DNA of 64,000 nucleotides from an uncultured Gammaproteobacteria bacterium (GTDB taxonomy: Bacteria; Pseudomonadota; Gammaproteobacteria; UBA9214), in assembly GCA_963748215.1 (NCBI GenBank), contig CAVVHS010000006.1, positions 544,001 to 608,000 on the forward strand. Reading direction: 5' to 3'. Both the position numbers and the translations under genes were made by a program. A model generated the notes under the pieces. It saw only the letters and a program-made list of their open reading frames with translations, did not search any database and had not been told where the DNA came from. Positions 60,319-64,000 of this stretch are shown piece by piece; the first letter of the stretch is position 1, and each line of letters begins with the position of its first letter.

Positions 60319-62083
60319 TCAGTAGGTACGCGGCTTGGGCGGAAACGTGTCGACCGTCAGCGGTTTCATGCGTACCGGCTTGTAGTCGACGACGTTGCCC
60401 CGCTTGTGGTACAGGCTGTGACGCAGCCAGTTGACGTCGTCACGCTCCGGATGGTCGATGCGCGAATGCGCGCCCCGGCTTTCCTTGCGTTGCAACGCAG
60501 ACATGATGGTGGCAATCGCCACATCCATCAGGTTCTCCAGTTCCAGCGCCTCGATGCGCGCGGTATTGAATACCTGGCTGTGATCACGCAGCCGTACGTT
60601 CGGCAGACGCGCCTGCAGCGTCAGCATCTTCTCCACACCTTCACTAAGTACCTGTTCCGTGCGAAACACGCCACAGTGTTCTTCCATGGTGCGTGTCAGT
60701 TCCCTGCGCAAGGTATTGACGGATTCTCCCTCGCCCCGCTGTTCCCAGCGCGCCAGCCTTGCCAGGGCCGGTTCCAGCACCTCGTCCCGAAACGGCCGGT
60801 GATAGCGGTTTTCGCCGAGGTATTCGATGATGCGGTTGCCGGCAGCGCGGCCGAACACGATGATGTCGAGCAGCGAGTTGCCGCCCAGGCGGTTGCCACC
60901 GTGCACGGACACGCAGGCGCATTCACCGGCCGCGTAAAGGCCCGGCAACGGCTCCTCCGGACCGTGGTCGATCGGCGCCACCACCTCGCCGAAACGGTTG
61001 GTCGGGATGCCGCCCATGGTGTAGTGCGCGGTCGGGAACACCGGCACCGGCTCCTCGCACATGTCCACGCCGGCGAAGGTCAGCGCGCTGTCGCGTATTG
61101 CCGGCAGGCGCTTCTTGATCATCTCGCTGTCGAGGTGATGCAGCTTGCAGCAGCACGTGATCCCGGTTCGGGCCACAGCCGCGACCCTCGCGCACCTCGG
61201 TCACGATGGCGCGGCTGACCACGTCGCGGCTGGCCAGGTCCTTTGCGTGCGGGGCATAGCGTTCCATGAAACGCTCGCCTTCGCTGTTGACCAGGTAGCC
61301 GCCCTCGCCGCGCGCGCCCTCGCTGAGCAGCATGCCCTTGCCGGCGATGCCGGTGGGATGAAACTGGAAGAATTCCATGTCCTGCAGCGGCACGCCGGCG
61401 CGCAGCGCCATGGCCATGCCGTCGCCGGTGTTGATAAGGGCATTGGTGTTGGTGCGGAAGATCTGCCCGGCACCGCCGGTGGCAATCAGCGTGGTGCGCG
61501 CCTCGATCACCAGCTTTTCGCCGGTCGCGATATCCAGCACCAGGGCGCCGAGGATGAAACCCTCGTGGTCTGCGATCAGGTCGACGGCGAAGTATTCGTC
61601 GAAGAAATGCGTGCGTGCTCGAATGTTCTGCTGGTACAGGGCCTGCAGGATGGCGTGCCCGGTCCGGTCCGCCGCAGCACAGGTGCGTGCCGCCTGCTCG
61701 CCGCCGAAGTTCATGCTCTGGCCGCCGAACTGGCGCTGGTAGATGGTACCGTTGTCGAGTCGCGAGAACGGCACGCCGAAGTGCTCGAGGTCGTATACCG
61801 CTTGCGGTGCGGTGCGGCACATGTACTCGATGGCGTCCTGGTCGCCCAGGTAGTCGCTGCCCTTGACGGTATCGAACATGTGCCAGTGCCAGTTGTCCGG
61901 CCGCACGTTGGCCAGCGCGGCATTGACGCCACCCTGCGCGGCAACGGTATGCGAACGTGTCGGGAAAACCTTGGAGACCACGGCGACATGCGCATCGGCC
62001 TGTGACAGTTGCAGTGCGGCACGCAGCCCGCCGCCACCGGCACCGATAATCAGGGTATCGAACTGGCGACGCGGAATCGTCAT
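60319..62083 (-). CDS. sdhA: Succinate dehydrogenase flavoprotein; one +1 frameshift near 61148
   Basis: [39 protein letters not shown] motifs. Confidence 0.95.
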
Positions 62084-62085
62084 GT

Positions 62086-62424
62086 TCAGCTGCTGGTTAC
62101 GATCAGGATGCGCATGGCCCAGAAGCCGCAGCCGATCAGCAGAAAGGCCACCAGGGTCAGTACCACCAGGCGCAGACCCAGGTGGTGGATGTAGTCCAGC
62201 GTCACGTCGCGCAGGCCGACCCAGCCATGGATCAGCAACGCCAGGATAAAACCCGCGCCGGCGATGGACACCACCGGACTGGCGACCCAGCCGTGCCAGG
62301 CTGCGTAGTCCGGATGCGGGTTGAGCCAGAAATGAGCCAGCACGTAGAGCAGGAACACACCCAGGTAGATGGCACTGACACGTTGCAGCAACCAGGTTCG
62401 CAGGCCGTCTGCGCGATGGCTCAC
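62086..62424 (-). CDS. sdhD: Succinate dehydrogenase membrane anchor
   Basis: [21 protein letters not shown] motifs. Confidence 0.9.
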   Translation of the reverse strand: MSHRADGLRTWLLQRVSAIYLGVFLLYVLAHFWLNPHPDYAAWHGWVASPVVSIAGAGFILALLIHGWVGLRDVTLDYIHHLGLRLVVLTLVAFLLIGCGFWAMRILIVTSS

Positions 62425-62801
62425 AGCACCCACCCGAGGTACAGCAGCGTGGCTGCCACGCCGGCGATATTCACCAGCCATGCCGAGGCGCGCGCCTGGC
62501 GCAGGCCGACGCCTGCCTCGATGTCGATGAGCAGGTAGCGCACGCCGGAGAACAGGTGGTGAAACAGCGACCAGGCGATGATGACGGAACCGAGCCTGAA
62601 TCCGGTCGACTGCAGCCAGGCCGTTGCCCGGTTGAAACCGTCGGCATCCCGCAGCGACAGGTCCAGCAGGTACACCAGCAAGGGAAACGAAAGGGTCAGC
62701 AGCACACCGGAGACGCGATGTGCAAACGAGGTCACCGCGCCGACCGGAAAACTTATCCGGAAAAGATTCAGGTAGACTGGAGCAGAGCGCCGTGTGGTCA
62801 T
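62421..62801 (-). CDS. sdhC: Succinate dehydrogenase cytochrome b556 subunit
   Basis: [24 protein letters not shown] motifs. Confidence 0.9.
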   Translation of the reverse strand: MTTRRSAPVYLNLFRISFPVGAVTSFAHRVSGVLLTLSFPLLVYLLDLSLRDADGFNRATAWLQSTGFRLGSVIIAWSLFHHLFSGVRYLLIDIEAGVGLRQARASAWLVNIAGVAATLLYLGWVL

Positions 62802-62937
62802 GTGTCGGGTTCGATGGCCTGCCGGTTTTATACCATTGCAGCGGCTGGAACACCAGCCGGGCCGCGCCTGCCGTGTACTGACAGGCATGCGGGCATGGTC
62901 TAGAATCCAACCCCTGTTACGCTGTTGCGGAGCTGTG

Positions 62938-63993
62938 ATGAAAGCTGAATGGAAAACCTTTCTCGAGGATGCCGGCGCCGAGTTCGACGGCGAACGGGTC
63001 GCTCATTTCGGCAACCCCGAACAGGCGCGGGAAGTCGCACTCAGCGGGCTGGTGTTCGCGGACCTCGAGTACATGGGTGTCATCGCCGTACACGGCAGCG
63101 ATGCCGGAACCTTCCTCCAGTCCCAGCTGAGCAACGATATCCGTGCACTGGATGAAGGTCGCAGCCAGCTGAGCGCATTCTGCACGCCCAAGGGCCGCAT
63201 GCTCGGCCTCATGCGCATCTTCCGTACCGACGACGGTTACTACCTGCGGCTGCCGGCCGATACACTGGACGCCGTGCTGCAACGTCTGCGCATGTACGTG
63301 CTGCGCGCCAATGTCACGCTGGAAGACGCCAGCGACAATTTCCTGCGCATCGGCATCAGCGGCAGGGGCGCCGACAACGAAATTCGCGGCATAACCGCGA
63401 CCTGTCCCGACACGGTCAACGGCGTGGCCCGGGCCGGACCGCTCACCGTCATCCGGGTGCCGGGCACGGAACCGCGCTTCGAGGTGTACGCCACTTCGCT
63501 GCAGGCCGCACAGACGTTATGGGATGCGCTCAACGTCCACGGTGCGCCGGTCGGCGAACCCGTCTGGCGCCTGCTGGAGATCAGGAATGGACTGCCGGTC
63601 GTGTTCAGCGCCACGGCGGAGCTTTTCGTGCCGCAGATGGCCAACCTGCAGCTGGTGGATGGCGTCAGTTTCAAGAAAGGCTGCTACCCCGGACAGGAAA
63701 TCGTTGCACGCATGCAGTATCTGGGCACCCTCAAGCGCCGCATGTATCTGGGCCTGGTCGAGTACGACGACCCGATAGCCCCCGGGGCCGAGCTGTATTC
63801 CGGCAGTGACAGCGAACAGGCGACCGGCCGCATTGTCGATGCCCAGCCCTATCCGGATGGCGGCCAGCTTGCGCTCGCCGTCCTGCAGATCCAGGCGGCC
63901 GATGCTGCGGATGTCTTTCTCGGCAGCCCCGCCGGACCCGCCTTCGATATTCGACCACTCCCTTACCGCTTCCCGGTGGAACAGGCGGATTGA
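62938..63993 (+). CDS. ygfZ: Folate-binding Fe-S/tRNA-modification protein YgfZ
   Basis: KGCYPGQE signature; FCTPKGR. Confidence 0.93.
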   Translation: MKAEWKTFLEDAGAEFDGERVAHFGNPEQAREVALSGLVFADLEYMGVIAVHGSDAGTFLQSQLSNDIRALDEGRSQLSAFCTPKGRMLGLMRIFRTDDGYYLRLPADTLDAVLQRLRMYVLRANVTLEDASDNFLRIGISGRGADNEIRGITATCPDTVNGVARAGPLTVIRVPGTEPRFEVYATSLQAAQTLWDALNVHGAPVGEPVWRLLEIRNGLPVVFSATAELFVPQMANLQLVDGVSFKKGCYPGQEIVARMQYLGTLKRRMYLGLVEYDDPIAPGAELYSGSDSEQATGRIVDAQPYPDGGQLALAVLQIQAADAADVFLGSPAGPAFDIRPLPYRFPVEQAD

Positions 63994-64000
63994 ACCCGGC

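Noticed and set aside
61140-61155. sdhA pseudogene
   Set aside because: Single +1 base in an otherwise intact sdhCDAB-sdhE operon; likely an artefact.

Overview
GC-rich gammaproteobacterial chromosome segment, probably from a sulfur oxidiser (SoxL-like rhodanese, DsrE-like protein, a second rhodanese). Housekeeping backbone: dusA, aguA/aguB, DAHP synthase, mfd-csiV, mtnP-hpt-mscS-nagZ, peptide ABC genes, hsp20-lon, L,D-transpeptidase, sdhCDAB-sdhE-ygfX and ygfZ. Two regions stand out. (1) A tightly packed 10-gene minus-strand operon (16597->8367) links four enzyme-like genes ('thermostable hemolysin' family, AMP-ligase, heme-oxygenase-like diiron enzyme, SDR) and an exported TPR protein to a QseB/PmrA-type two-component system and an Ftr-type iron-uptake module, behind a TTAAG-N6-ATAAG box. 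(2) A ~10 kb accessory region (36.6-46.6 kb) where small, mostly minus-strand and often AT-richer genes alternate with about 11 palindromic GGGGTCAGA...TCTGACCCC sites. Seven sites span exactly 52 bp, one shows a compensatory base change, and three sit beside 64-82 bp copies of neighbouring genes. This resembles a cassette array but has no attC sites or recombinase. Nested mini-elements (a 48-bp family, MITEs, REP dyads) also occur. mfd, lon, sdhA and one small gene carry +1 frameshifts that look like assembly errors. No rRNA, tRNA or CRISPR array was seen. All family calls come from motif recognition; no searches were run.
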